Below, piece by piece: positions 10,192 through 20,539 of a stretch of 64,000 nucleotides of DNA. A model generated the notes under the pieces. The model was not told where the DNA came from and did no database searches. It saw only the letters and a list, made by a program, of their open reading frames with translations. This stretch comes from an uncultured delta proteobacterium (lineage in GTDB: Bacteria; Desulfobacterota; Binatia; Binatales; Binataceae). Both the position numbers and the translations under genes were made by a program. The stretch covers positions 64,039 through 128,038 of the forward strand of contig CAVXXK010000015.1 in NCBI GenBank assembly GCA_963765675.1, written 5' to 3'. Position 1 is the stretch's first letter; each line of letters starts with the position of its first letter.

Positions 10192-13100
10192 CTAGGACGC
10201 CATCCTGCGCCGCTGTCCCTCGGTATCGGAGCCGTTTCCGAAATCCGGCTCGGGCTCCGGCACGTACTTTTCGCCGGTGCGCCACGCGTGAACGATCCTG
10301 GTGGCCGATTCCATATATGTATAAACCACGGGCGTAATGTACAGCGTCAGAAACTGCGAGAAGAAGAGCCCGCCGACAACCGCGGCGCCGAGGGGGCGGC
10401 GCGACTCCGCGCCCGCACCGATTCCGATCGCGATCGGCAGCGTGCCCATCAGGGCCGCCGCAGTGGTCATCATGATCGGGCGGAAGCGGACGATCGCGCC
10501 TTCGAAGATCGCCTCGGTCGGCGACTTGCCCTCGGTGCGCTGCGCATCGAGCGCGAAATCGATCATCATGATGGCGTTTTTCTTGACCAGCCCGACCAGC
10601 ATCACGACGCCGACGAAGGCGAACAAGTCGAGTTCCATCCCGAAGATCCAGAGCGTCAATAGTGCGCCGAAACCGGCGGCGGGAAGACCGGACAGAATCG
10701 TGATCGGATGGATGAAACTTTCGTACAGGACTCCCAGCACCAGATAGATCACGAGGATCGTCATGATCAGCAGCATCCCGAGGTTGCCGAGCGAACTCTG
10801 AAAAGCCTGCGCGGTGCCTTGGAAGTTCGCGGTGATAGTGTCGGGGAGCGTGTCACGCGCGAGCGCCTGCACCTGGCCGAGCGCCTTGCCCAGCGAGACT
10901 CCGGGAGCGAGGTCGAACGAGATCGTGGCGGATGGCAACTGCCCGTAGTGATTGACCTGCAGCGCGCCGAGCGAGCGCGAGAACTTTACCACCGTGTCCA
11001 GCGGCACCAGCGAGCCGGAGGACGAGCGCACGTAGAGCAACGCAAGCGTGGCGGGATCCATCTGGTACTCCGGCAGCACCTGCATGATTACCCAGTACTC
11101 GTTGTTGGGTGCGTAGATGGTCGAGATCTGGCGCTCGCCGTATGCGTCGTCGAGCGCGTTCTCGATCGCACTTGCGGTGACGCCGAGTGCGTGTGCCTTG
11201 TCGCGATCGATCTTGATCGTCACCTGCGGATTCTGCACCTGCAAATCGCTGTTCACGCCGCGCAGATCTTTTAGCCCGCGCATCCGCGCCTCCAGGATCG
11301 GCGCGTATTTGTAGAGCGATTCGGTGTCGGGACTCTGCAGCGTCATCTGGTACATGCTGCGTGTGAATTGCGCCCCGATCCGGATCGGAGGCGGATTCTG
11401 AAGGAACACCATCAAGCCGGGCACCGAGTTCACGATCGGGCGCCATTTGTTGATCAGTTGGTCGGCGCTGAGCTTGCGCTCCGAGCGCGGCTTCAAATGG
11501 ACAAAGAGCATCCCGGAGTTAGTGCCGCCGGAGGGGCCGGCGCTGCCGACGCCGGCGAAGTATTGCCGGATGTTCGGATCGTTCTTGAGCAGGTTCACGA
11601 CCGCGAGCTGATGCTTCACCATCGAGTCATATGAGATTCCCTGCGCCGCCTGCGTGAACATGATCAATTCGTCGGTGTCTTCGCTCGGCAGAAAGCCTTT
11701 CGGAATCGCATAGAAGAAATAAATCGTTACGATCAGAATGAGTCCCGAAAAAGCCATCGTCGCCGGGCGATGGCGCATCACCCAGGCGAGGCTCCTCTGG
11801 TAGCCGTCGAGCAACACGTCGAAGTAATGCTCGGTGACCTGGTACATGCGGCCGTGTTTTTCGCTCTTCGGCGGCTTAAGAAAGCGCGAGCAGAGCATCG
11901 GGGTCAGTGTCAGTGACACGACTCCCGAGACCAGGATCGCGGCGCCGATTGTGACTGCGAATTCGTGCAGCAGGCGGCCGAGAATTCCGCCCATGAACAG
12001 GACCGGGATGAACACCGCCGCCAGCGAGAGCGTCATCGACAAGATCGTGAAGCCGATCTCGCGCGCACCGTCGAGCGACGCCGTCAGCGCGTCCTTGCCC
12101 ATCTCCATGTGCCGCACGACGTTCTCGAGCATGACGATCGCGTCGTCGACCACGAAGCCGACCCCCAGAACGATCGCCATCAGCGAAAGATTGTCGAGCG
12201 AGTAATCCAGCACCCACATGACGCCGAAGGTTCCGATGATCGACATCGGCAGCGCGAGGCTCGGGATGATCGTCGCCGACAGGTTGCGCAGGAACAGGAA
12301 GATCACCATCACAACCAGCGCCACCGTCAGGAGCAGCGTGAACTGCACGTCGTCGACCGAGGCGCGAATCGTCTCCGAACGGTCGCCCAGGACTTCGATA
12401 TGCAGTCCCGCGGGTGCCTGCTCGCGGAACGAGGGCAGCAGCTTGGTGACGTTGTCTACGACCTCGACGGTGTTGGTACCGGGCTGGCGCTGGATCGCGA
12501 GCACCACGGCCGGCTCGCCATTGGACCAACTGGCGGTTTTGTCGTCCTGCACGCTGTCGAGCACGCGCCCGATATCCTCAAGGCGCACGGGCGCACCGTT
12601 GGTATAGGCCACGACCAATGGCCGATAGGCCGCGGCGTTCATCAACTGGCCCCGGGTATCGACGGTGAAAGCCTGATGCGCTCCGTAGAGCGTGCCGGTT
12701 GGAAGATCGACATTGGCGTCTTGGATTGCCTGCGCAACCTCGTCGATTCCGATTCCGCGCGATGCGAGTTTCTTGGGATCCACCTGGATCCGCACCGCGT
12801 ACTTTTGCGCGCCGTACACCTGCACCTGCGCGACTCCCGACACCATCGAAATGCGTTCGCCAAGATAGGTCTCGGCGTACTCATCGACCTGGGAAATCGG
12901 CATCGTGGTCGAACTGAGCGAGAGATAGAGCACGGGAGAATCGGCAGGATTGACCTTTTTGAAGGTCGGCGGACTCGGCATCCCTTGCGGAAGCTGCGCG
13001 AGCGTCGCAGTGATTGCCGCCTGCACGTCCTGCGCTGCCGCATCGATATTGCGCGAAAGTGTGAATTGCAAAGTGATGTTGGTGCCGCCGAGGATGCTGG

Positions 13101-13347
13101 TCGAGGTCATCGAATCCAGCCCCGCGATAGTCGTGAATTGCTTTTCGAGCGGAGTCGCGATCGATGACGCTATAGTGTCCGGGCTAGCGCCGGGCAGGCT
13201 CGCGCTGACGACGATCGTCGGAAAGTCGACGTTGGGCAGATCGCTCACCGGCAGCAGCCGGTACGCCATCATTCCAAAGAAAACGATCGCCAGCGAAAGC
13301 AGCGTCGTCATCACCGGGCGGCGTATAAACAATTCGGCGATATTCAC
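10192..13347 (-). CDS. RND efflux permease, MdtB/MdtC-like
   Basis: FIRRPV, LPVSDLPNVDFPTI, VVDDAIVMLEN, VKKNAIMMIDFA, RFRPIMMTT motifs; 1051 aa. Confidence 0.95.
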   Translation of the reverse strand: MNIAELFIRRPVMTTLLSLAIVFFGMMAYRLLPVSDLPNVDFPTIVVSASLPGASPDTIASSIATPLEKQFTTIAGLDSMTSTSILGGTNITLQFTLSRNIDAAAQDVQAAITATLAQLPQGMPSPPTFKKVNPADSPVLYLSLSSTTMPISQVDEYAETYLGERISMVSGVAQVQVYGAQKYAVRIQVDPKKLASRGIGIDEVAQAIQDANVDLPTGTLYGAHQAFTVDTRGQLMNAAAYRPLVVAYTNGAPVRLEDIGRVLDSVQDDKTASWSNGEPAVVLAIQRQPGTNTVEVVDNVTKLLPSFREQAPAGLHIEVLGDRSETIRASVDDVQFTLLLTVALVVMVIFLFLRNLSATIIPSLALPMSIIGTFGVMWVLDYSLDNLSLMAIVLGVGFVVDDAIVMLENVVRHMEMGKDALTASLDGAREIGFTILSMTLSLAAVFIPVLFMGGILGRLLHEFAVTIGAAILVSGVVSLTLTPMLCSRFLKPPKSEKHGRMYQVTEHYFDVLLDGYQRSLAWVMRHRPATMAFSGLILIVTIYFFYAIPKGFLPSEDTDELIMFTQAAQGISYDSMVKHQLAVVNLLKNDPNIRQYFAGVGSAGPSGGTNSGMLFVHLKPRSERKLSADQLINKWRPIVNSVPGLMVFLQNPPPIRIGAQFTRSMYQMTLQSPDTESLYKYAPILEARMRGLKDLRGVNSDLQVQNPQVTIKIDRDKAHALGVTASAIENALDDAYGERQISTIYAPNNEYWVIMQVLPEYQMDPATLALLYVRSSSGSLVPLDTVVKFSRSLGALQVNHYGQLPSATISFDLAPGVSLGKALGQVQALARDTLPDTITANFQGTAQAFQSSLGNLGMLLIMTILVIYLVLGVLYESFIHPITILSGLPAAGFGALLTLWIFGMELDLFAFVGVVMLVGLVKKNAIMMIDFALDAQRTEGKSPTEAIFEGAIVRFRPIMMTTAAALMGTLPIAIGIGAGAESRRPLGAAVVGGLFFSQFLTLYITPVVYTYMESATRIVHAWRTGEKYVPEPEPDFGNGSDTEGQRRRMAS

Positions 13348-14534
13348 GAAGCCACTCCGCTGCTGCCGCTGACTCCCGACTTGATCGATACGCGCGCTCC
13401 GGGCACCAGGCGCAACTGGCCGTCGGTCACGACGGTTTCGCCGCTCGTCAACCCGCGCTCGACCACGGTTTGTCCGTTGTCGGATGAGCCGACCACCACC
13501 GGGCGGCTCTGCACTTTCATTTCATGATCCACCACGAATACATAGGAGCCATCCGCTCCGGTCTGGATCGCCTGTGACGGCACCACGACCGTGCCAGGCC
13601 GTTCATCCAGAATCAAATTCGCGTCTACGAACTGGCCCGGCCATAGTTTGCCGTCCTTATTGCTGAATAGACCCTTGAGCTCGATCGTGCCGGTCTTCAT
13701 GTCCACGGAATTGTCGATGAAACTGAGATCTCCTTTTTCGAGCGCGCCCTGCTGGCCGGGAATCGAAACTTCTACCGGCAACGTTCGCCGGGCCATGTCC
13801 TGGCGGACGTCGGAAAGGCTCTGCTCGGGAACCGAGAAATCGACGTACACGGGGCTAATCTGATTGATCACGACCATTGGGGTGTCCGCGTTGTTCTTGA
13901 CCAGATTCCCCTGATGCACCAGCAGGTTGCCGGTGCGGCCATCGATCGGCGCGCGGATCGTGGTGTAGGCGAGATTGAGTTTCGCGGTTTGGACTTCCGC
14001 TTGGTCGGCGGCAACCGCGGCCTTGTCGGCCGCGGCGGTCGCGTGGGCTTGATCGTATTGTTGCTGCGAACCGACTTTCTGCTTCAGCAGGTAGAAGTAG
14101 CGGCTCTCGTCGGCCGTGGATTGCGCTTCTTTCGCCTGGTCGCGGGCGAGGTTTGCCTGGGCCTGGAGCAGAGCGGCTTCAAACGGGCGCGGGTCGATCA
14201 CAAACAACAGATCGCCGCGTTTGACGTACTGCCCTTCCTTGAAATGGACTTCAGTGATCACGCCGTCGAGCTGCGCCTTGATGTTGACCGTCGAATACGC
14301 TTCGACGCGGCCGATCGCATGCAGCCGCGTCGCGACGGTTTTCTGCTCCGCCTTTGCGACCAGCACTGGCACGGTCTGCTGCCCGTATCCTGTCGCCTGC
14401 TGCCCACGGCACCCTGCCCCGGCGAGGGTCGCAACCAACGCGGCGACGCTCAGTATCGACAACGCGCGCGCGCGTCCGCCGAAGTCGAGCTTTGCGCCTG
14501 ATATCCATTGCATCCGAATCTTCCGCACCCGCAT
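13344..14534 (-). CDS. RND periplasmic adaptor (MdtA-like)
   Basis: Lipoyl-like FKEGQYVKRGDLLF, IRAPIDGRTG, LWPGQFV motifs; start uncertain (ORF extends to 14612). Confidence 0.92.
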   Translation of the reverse strand: MRVRKIRMQWISGAKLDFGGRARALSILSVAALVATLAGAGCRGQQATGYGQQTVPVLVAKAEQKTVATRLHAIGRVEAYSTVNIKAQLDGVITEVHFKEGQYVKRGDLLFVIDPRPFEAALLQAQANLARDQAKEAQSTADESRYFYLLKQKVGSQQQYDQAHATAAADKAAVAADQAEVQTAKLNLAYTTIRAPIDGRTGNLLVHQGNLVKNNADTPMVVINQISPVYVDFSVPEQSLSDVRQDMARRTLPVEVSIPGQQGALEKGDLSFIDNSVDMKTGTIELKGLFSNKDGKLWPGQFVDANLILDERPGTVVVPSQAIQTGADGSYVFVVDHEMKVQSRPVVVGSSDNGQTVVERGLTSGETVVTDGQLRLVPGARVSIKSGVSGSSGVAS

Positions 14535-14886
14535 CTTCAAGTCGATCGTGCCTTTCAAAATTCCATGCGCTGGCGATCGTCCGAAACGACGGGACTCGCG
14601 CTGCGCGGCCATTCGATCTGTGATCTTTTAAGCCAGCAAATCTTATCAGTGAGATGTTACACGAGGAAAAGGGGCGAATGACTGAACCACGCGCGCGCCG
14701 CCGGTCAGCGCTCCGCGTGTGCGCTCATAGCGGAAAAAGCGCCGACGCATCGCAGGTTGCCAGGCAGCGGCGCCGAAGCCGAAGCCGTCCAAATCGCGCG
14801 AGCGCAAGTGGATTGATGCTGACGTAAGAGTCCTGTGTGGAATTCCTACGCACGCAGCCTGTCGATGTCGCGCAGGACGCACTGCA

Positions 14887-15540
14887 TCATGGTCCGAACG
14901 CCCAGGCCACCATGAGCGGAAGCTCGGCGCGCCAGAACGCGCCGCCGTGCGATCCGCCCCGTTCGATCATCACAACATCCGCCCCGGCATCGCGCAGCGC
15001 TTGCGCCCACCGGGTCGCGTTCTCGAGAAACCAGGGCTCCTGCGTTCCGCCGACCAGGTAGGCGCGCGGAAGCGGCCTCGGGATCAGGCCGGGCGGCCGG
15101 TAACCCCCACCTGGCGAGGCGCAGAACACCGCACCGTAGACATCCGGATGCAGAAGCCCGATGGCGAGCGCCAGTTCCCCACTCGCCGAGACGCCGCACA
15201 CCGCCGTGCGTTCCTTGGGCAGGGCGACCCCGAAACGCGACCGCGTCCATGCGCGCACGTCCTCGACGAAGAACCTCTCGTGGGCCGCGAACCGGCCGGG
15301 ATCGAAGCCCGGTGAGTACTCATGCAGCCGCAGCGTCTCATCCGCCGACCGATGGACACCAACGATCATCGTGGACGGCCCGTCGGATGCCGCGACGACT
15401 TCGCCCCACTGCGAGATCAGCTGGCCGTCACCGGCGAACACCACCGCCTCAGGGGGATCCGGGGGGAGGTACACCGTGACCTGCCTGCCACCGTCGTACT
15501 CGAACCTCTCAGTGATGAGTTCTCCCTCGGTGGATGACAT
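14887..15540 (-). CDS. Putative esterase (alpha/beta fold)
   Basis: VYLPP, GVSASG nucleophile motif, GGSHGGAFW. Confidence 0.8.
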   Translation of the reverse strand: MSSTEGELITERFEYDGGRQVTVYLPPDPPEAVVFAGDGQLISQWGEVVAASDGPSTMIVGVHRSADETLRLHEYSPGFDPGRFAAHERFFVEDVRAWTRSRFGVALPKERTAVCGVSASGELALAIGLLHPDVYGAVFCASPGGGYRPPGLIPRPLPRAYLVGGTQEPWFLENATRWAQALRDAGADVVMIERGGSHGGAFWRAELPLMVAWAFGP

Positions 15541-15665
15541 CTTCGCGTTCCCTTGCCGTCGGCGGCGCCGGCGCTGACGATGAACGATCAGTCGCGGATT
15601 GGCGTCATGACCCTGTGTCGTTCTTCCATGACCTTGGGCGGGTACCAAGCGTCAGAGTCTATCTA

Positions 15666-16766
15666 CTAGATGCTCAGATGATAGAGCTCGGACACGTTGT
15701 CGTGCAGGATGAAATTCTTCTCATCCTCGGAGAGCTTCGCCGTCTGCTTCTTCAGGATTTCCTGCGACCACGGCCAGGTCGAGTCGCTATGCGGGAAGTC
15801 GTTGGCCCACATCAGGCGCCGCACGTTGCACATCTTCGTCATCTGGAACGCGACCCAGTCATCCTGAAATGTGACGTAGACATTTTCGCGAAAATACTCA
15901 CTCGGCATTTTTGACAGAGTTCCCGCCGGCAGCCAGTAGCGATGCCGATCGTATGCGTGATCCATCCGGTACATGTAGTGCGGTACCCATCCGGCGTCCG
16001 CCTCGACGCATACCAGCTTCAGCTTCGGATGGCGCTCGAACACGCCGCTCAACACGAACGTACCGATAATATCCTGGCATCCGCGGATGATCGCGAGAAA
16101 GCCGTTGAGACGCGGCCCGCGCGTCTGAAACATATTGTCGTTCCTGCTGGTCAGAATATGGAAACTCAGCGGCATCTCCAGGTCCACGGCGGCGCGATAA
16201 AAATCGTCGTACGCGGGACTGTCGTAGTCCTCGACCGCGGGATTCCCGGGCATCATCACGCCCTTGAATCCGAGATCCTTCATCCTGCGCAAATCCTCGA
16301 TGCCTTCGGCTGGCGAGCGCATCGCGGTCTGTCCGACTCCGATCAGGCGATTCGGATGATGCCCGCAATACTCTGCCATCCAGAGGTTGTAAGCGTCGAA
16401 GCAGGCCTTCTTGTAATCGACGTCCGCATGATTGCACAGCAGCATTCCTACGGTGGGATAAATGACCTCGGCGGAGACTCCATCGCGATCCTGATCGCCC
16501 AGGCGCGCTTCGGGATCCCATCCTCCCCGATGCATATCCTCGAACTTCACGCCGCCGACTGCGAGGTCCTTTGCGCTTTTACCGGCGGCTGCGAGCAGGC
16601 CCATCGGAATCGAGCGCTCCATGTCCTTGACCACGAACACGTCGCCCATTTTGTCGTCGCGAACGACGTGCGGGGCGGTGTCCCTATACTTGTGGTCGAT
16701 CCGATCGATGTAAGTATTGGGCGGCTCGGTGATATGCGAGTCTGCGGAGATGATTGGCTTTTGCAT
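15666..16766 (-). CDS. Amidohydrolase family 2 protein
   Basis: ISADSH, LSFH, FERHPKLK, WANDFPHSD motifs. Confidence 0.92.
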   Translation of the reverse strand: MQKPIISADSHITEPPNTYIDRIDHKYRDTAPHVVRDDKMGDVFVVKDMERSIPMGLLAAAGKSAKDLAVGGVKFEDMHRGGWDPEARLGDQDRDGVSAEVIYPTVGMLLCNHADVDYKKACFDAYNLWMAEYCGHHPNRLIGVGQTAMRSPAEGIEDLRRMKDLGFKGVMMPGNPAVEDYDSPAYDDFYRAAVDLEMPLSFHILTSRNDNMFQTRGPRLNGFLAIIRGCQDIIGTFVLSGVFERHPKLKLVCVEADAGWVPHYMYRMDHAYDRHRYWLPAGTLSKMPSEYFRENVYVTFQDDWVAFQMTKMCNVRRLMWANDFPHSDSTWPWSQEILKKQTAKLSEDEKNFILHDNVSELYHLSI

Positions 16767-16904
16767 CAGACGTACCTCGGATAATTCCGTGCGCGATGCG
16801 CTCTGGTCCTACCCTTATATCGAATCATTGAGGCGGCGTACATCAAACCGCGGTGACGCTCTCGCGTCGCCGGCAGCCGCATGGCAAAATGTTCGACTCG
16901 AACG

Positions 16905-17585
16905 ATGCAGGAATCAATCAAATACGCGTTCGATCGTACGGCTGAGACTTACGATCGCGCGCGGCGCAAACTCGTGCCCTGTTTCGACGAGTTCTATCGC
17001 GCCGCTATCGACACGATGCCGTTTGCGCGCGAGCGCGAAATCGACGTGCTCGATCTGGGGGCCGGCACCGGATTGCTCTCGGCGTTCGTCGCATTTTCCT
17101 ACCCGCGCGCGCGAATCGTGATGGTCGATATTTCGGACGAGATGCTGGCGCAGGCGCGCGATCGGTTCGCAGCCGGCGGCGCGCGTTTCAGCTTCGAGGT
17201 CGCGGACTACGGTCTGGGCCGGATTACCGGACGTTACGACGCGATCATTTCCGCGCTGTCGATTCATCATCTTTCCGACGAGCAAAAACGCGCCGTGTAT
17301 GCGCAGGCCTACGCCGCGCTGAACGACGGCGGCATCCTGATCAACGCCGACCAGGTGCGCGGCGAAACTCCCATGCTCGAAGCCCGCAATCACGCGATGT
17401 GGATTCGGCGCGCGCGCGAAATCGGCGCCTCGGAACCCGACCTCGCCGCTGCGCTCGAACGGATGAAGTTCGACCGCACCGCGACCGTGTCCGAACAGCT
17501 CGGATGGCTGAGCGCGATCGGCTTTCGCGAAGTCGGAGTCGCTTATCGCAACCTGATCTTCGCGGTCTATTCCGGGATTAAATAG
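16905..17585 (+). CDS. Class I SAM-dependent methyltransferase
   Basis: VLDLGAGTG; SALSIHHL. Confidence 0.9.
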   Translation: MQESIKYAFDRTAETYDRARRKLVPCFDEFYRAAIDTMPFAREREIDVLDLGAGTGLLSAFVAFSYPRARIVMVDISDEMLAQARDRFAAGGARFSFEVADYGLGRITGRYDAIISALSIHHLSDEQKRAVYAQAYAALNDGGILINADQVRGETPMLEARNHAMWIRRAREIGASEPDLAAALERMKFDRTATVSEQLGWLSAIGFREVGVAYRNLIFAVYSGIK

Positions 17586-17595
17586 CCGCGTGCGG

Positions 17596-17964
17596 TCAGA
17601 CCCGCGTGCGGATTTCCAGCAGATGCTGGTTGAGCTCGCGGAAGTACACGACTCGGCCGCCGAGCGAATTGCCGACTTGCATATCGTCGGATGAATGCGG
17701 CCCGCTGCCATACGCCAGCCCACCGACCTTGATCCGCCCAAAGATCGCGTCGAACTCTTCTTCGCCGACATGGAAGGCGTAATGATGCACTTCCCGCGGC
17801 TGCCATCGGTCGTCAAAGTCCATCGTGAAGGTTTCGTTCACTTTGACTGGCGCGAACGGACCCATCAGCCCGGTGTAGGACAGCCCGAACAGATCCGCAA
17901 AAAATTTCGCGGACGCCACCTTGTCTTTGGCCGGTACGATGGTGTGATTGAGGGTTATGCTCAT
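17596..17964 (-). CDS. VOC/glyoxalase family protein
   Basis: LNHTIV, HHYAF, GGRVVYF...HLLEI; GGAGG RBS. Confidence 0.9.
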   Translation of the reverse strand: MSITLNHTIVPAKDKVASAKFFADLFGLSYTGLMGPFAPVKVNETFTMDFDDRWQPREVHHYAFHVGEEEFDAIFGRIKVGGLAYGSGPHSSDDMQVGNSLGGRVVYFRELNQHLLEIRTRV

Positions 17965-18017
17965 GGCGCACCTCCGTCAGAAATAAATATCTTACTCGGG
18001 CGGGTATGCGGCAATGT

Positions 18018-19772
18018 CTATTCCTCGAACAACCTGTCGCCGCGAAATAGCCGCTCGGCGATTTGATATGTCTGCCCCTGCGCCCGCACCGTCGGCGAAT
18101 GCGCGGCCAGATAACGCGCCGTCGAGAGCATCACGTTGGCGCCCGCGCCGCGCGGTAGCATCGAATACTGGCGCACCGCCGCTTCAAGATCCTGGATCGT
18201 GTGGAAATCGCGATCCTCGCGCAGCATCGCGTGGCCGATGGCCGCGATAAGCTTGCTGCCGTCACTCGACGCTGAGGCGAAATATTCCGCGACGATCGCC
18301 GCTGCCTCGTTCACCTGTTGCTGCAAGTTGAGCAGCGAAGGAAGCGCCTCGATAAGCTCGGCGGGCGCCCGCGATGCGCCGTTGCCGCGCGGAATCCGCG
18401 CGGCTGGAACATTCAGGAACCGATCGAGATAGACGCTCATCGCGGCATCGAATGCGCCGCGAATCAGCTCGGCCGACGGTGCGCGCCGCAGCGCCTGATG
18501 TACAGCGTTCGAAAAGGTGTAGCTGTGATGCGCAGTGTCCCAGTCGCCGAATTCGTTACTGATATGGAACCGCGCGATTCGCAGCGATGCCGCATAGGCC
18601 GCCGCACCGCCCAGGTCCGCCGGACTGCATCCTTCGCGCAGTGCCGCCAGCGTCGAGTCCGCGATCGCTTGCGGGTCGTCGCCCAGAATCACCTCGGCCA
18701 ATGCCTCGCGCCCTGACCATGAGCCCTCGGCGCGGCGCTCGGTCGCGAGCGCATCATCGATACCCTCGAACGCGTGCTCGACTATCGCGACCAGGTCGAC
18801 GGGGCTGCGCCATGCATTGGCTTCTTCCATCCTGTCGGCCATCGCATAGCTGCGCGCCAAGCTCGCCAGGACCGCGTCCGCGCGATCCCATCCGGCGTGG
18901 TCGAGCGCCTCGAACGCTTTGTTGGTGAAATCGAGCACGTGGCCGCCGGTCAGGTAGCGATGGTCGGTTGCCGCCGCGAACATCATGTCGGCGATCTCGC
19001 GCGCGGGCACTCCTCCGCGCACCGCGCTGGTGATGCATCGTTCGGCGCCCTCGGCGTCTCGCACTTCGACGAAACTCCTGAGCCATCCCTTGAGCGTCGC
19101 GGCGTTGGCGCTCTGCGCACCGGGCAGCGGACGCACCATGAAGCGCGGAGGATTTCCGTCGCAATCAGCGGCGACGCTGGAGAGTCCCTGGTACAACGCG
19201 CGTTGCCGATCCTGCGCGTCGAGCGACGGCAGCAGATTCATCATGCAGGTCAGCGTCGTCAGCCCTGCGCCCCATCCTTCCCGGCGATGCGCCACGCCAA
19301 AATCGAGTCCTGCGCGAAACGTCGCAAGCGAGCCGCCTTCGTCGCGCGCGGAAAGAGCGATGACTGATTTCGCGATCACCAGCGGGATATCGCGTTCCAG
19401 TCCGTCGCCCAGGCGCGCGAGATAATGCCGGCGCAAATCGCGATGTTCGGCCAGATCGACCATGACTTCTCCGGCTTCGACCTTCACCGGAAACGCACGC
19501 ACGTCGTCAGCCCATTGGTCGAACGTGCCTCCGGTCGCGAGGTCGAAGCGCGCGTGATGCCAGTGGCAGGTCAGGATACAATCCTTCACCGTGCCGCGAT
19601 CGAGCGGGAAGCCCATGTGCGGGCATCGGTTGTCCACCGCAAAGATTTTGCCCCCCGAATTGAATAGCGCGATCACGTTGCCCTCGAGCGTGATCGTGTG
19701 GCTTGCACCGTCGGGAAGTTCGGCAAGACTGGCAGCTCTCACGAAACGGGTTTGATTGGTGGCTGGTTCCAT
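18018..19772 (-). CDS. Rieske [2Fe-2S] domain protein with large uncharacterised helical C-terminus
   Basis: NRCPHMGFPL...TCHWHHARF ferredoxin-type Rieske motif; His/Asp-rich C-terminal motifs. Confidence 0.88.
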   Translation of the reverse strand: MEPATNQTRFVRAASLAELPDGASHTITLEGNVIALFNSGGKIFAVDNRCPHMGFPLDRGTVKDCILTCHWHHARFDLATGGTFDQWADDVRAFPVKVEAGEVMVDLAEHRDLRRHYLARLGDGLERDIPLVIAKSVIALSARDEGGSLATFRAGLDFGVAHRREGWGAGLTTLTCMMNLLPSLDAQDRQRALYQGLSSVAADCDGNPPRFMVRPLPGAQSANAATLKGWLRSFVEVRDAEGAERCITSAVRGGVPAREIADMMFAAATDHRYLTGGHVLDFTNKAFEALDHAGWDRADAVLASLARSYAMADRMEEANAWRSPVDLVAIVEHAFEGIDDALATERRAEGSWSGREALAEVILGDDPQAIADSTLAALREGCSPADLGGAAAYAASLRIARFHISNEFGDWDTAHHSYTFSNAVHQALRRAPSAELIRGAFDAAMSVYLDRFLNVPAARIPRGNGASRAPAELIEALPSLLNLQQQVNEAAAIVAEYFASASSDGSKLIAAIGHAMLREDRDFHTIQDLEAAVRQYSMLPRGAGANVMLSTARYLAAHSPTVRAQGQTYQIAERLFRGDRLFEE

Positions 19773-19835
19773 CGCGGTTTCCTCCCGCTGAGCAGCGTCC
19801 GACTAATTAGTAAAGTACCCTCTATCGTAATTATG

Positions 19836-19851
19836 TCAAGTGATGTCTTGA
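19836..19851. promoter_or_regulatory. Candidate operator TCAAG-N6-CTTGA
   Basis: Perfect inverted repeat in the AT-rich gap between the Rieske gene and its divergent regulator. Confidence 0.4.
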
Positions 19852-19881
19852 TTAAAGATCCCGCTCCGGTAGGATCAGATA

Positions 19882-20535
19882 ATGCGTCCTACCACCAGCG
19901 AATCCGACACCCGCACCGGCGACCGAATCCTCTACATTCTGAAGACCAAGGGCCCCGAGACCGCCGCCGCGTTGGGGCGCCGCTTAAAGATTACCGCGAT
20001 GGCGGTGCGGCAGCATCTGTATCGTTTCCGCGCGGGAGGCCTGGTCGACTACAGCGATGAACGCCGCAGGGTAGGGCGGCCGGCGCGCATCTGGCGGATA
20101 ACGGACCGCGCGGCCGATCGCTTTCCCGAAAGTCACGCCGAGTTGACGCTTGAGATGATCGGCGCGGTTCGCGCTGCCTTCGGAGAAGCCGGACTCGAGA
20201 AGCTGCTCGCCGAGCGCACGCGCCAGCAGCTAAAGGATTATCGCGCGCGGATGAGCAAGGCCGGCGCGTCGATCACCGATCGCGCCCGCGCACTGGCCGA
20301 GATTCGGAAAGCGCAAGGCTACATGGCCGAGTGCGCGCCGCGCGCCGACGGCACGATCCTGCTTGCTGAAAATCACTGTCCGATCTGTGTTGCCGCCGCC
20401 GAATGCCAGGGGCTGTGCCGCGAAGAGCTGTCGCTGTTCCGCACGCTGTTTGGCAAAAGCGCGACGGTCGAGCGCACCGACCACATTCTCGCCGGCGCGC
20501 GCCGCTGCGCCTACGTCATCACGCCCGCGAGCTGA
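19882..20535 (+). CDS. SufR-like HTH transcriptional regulator
   Basis: N-terminal HTH (AMAVRQHL, VGRP); C-terminal ENHCPIC...C...LC...RRCAY Cys cluster. Confidence 0.88.
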   Translation: MRPTTSESDTRTGDRILYILKTKGPETAAALGRRLKITAMAVRQHLYRFRAGGLVDYSDERRRVGRPARIWRITDRAADRFPESHAELTLEMIGAVRAAFGEAGLEKLLAERTRQQLKDYRARMSKAGASITDRARALAEIRKAQGYMAECAPRADGTILLAENHCPICVAAAECQGLCREELSLFRTLFGKSATVERTDHILAGARRCAYVITPAS

Positions 20536-20539
20536 TGCC

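Noticed and set aside
11965-13167. 400-aa plus-strand ORF (and similar long shadows at 25552-26622, 34687-35793, 60925-61920)
   Set aside because: Antisense to well-supported genes; no recognisable family features
18018-19772. Rieske protein as the missing ISP of the cytochrome b operon
   Set aside because: No Tat signal or TM anchor, lacks the extra disulfide Cys pair, ferredoxin-type motif, and lies over 22 kb away
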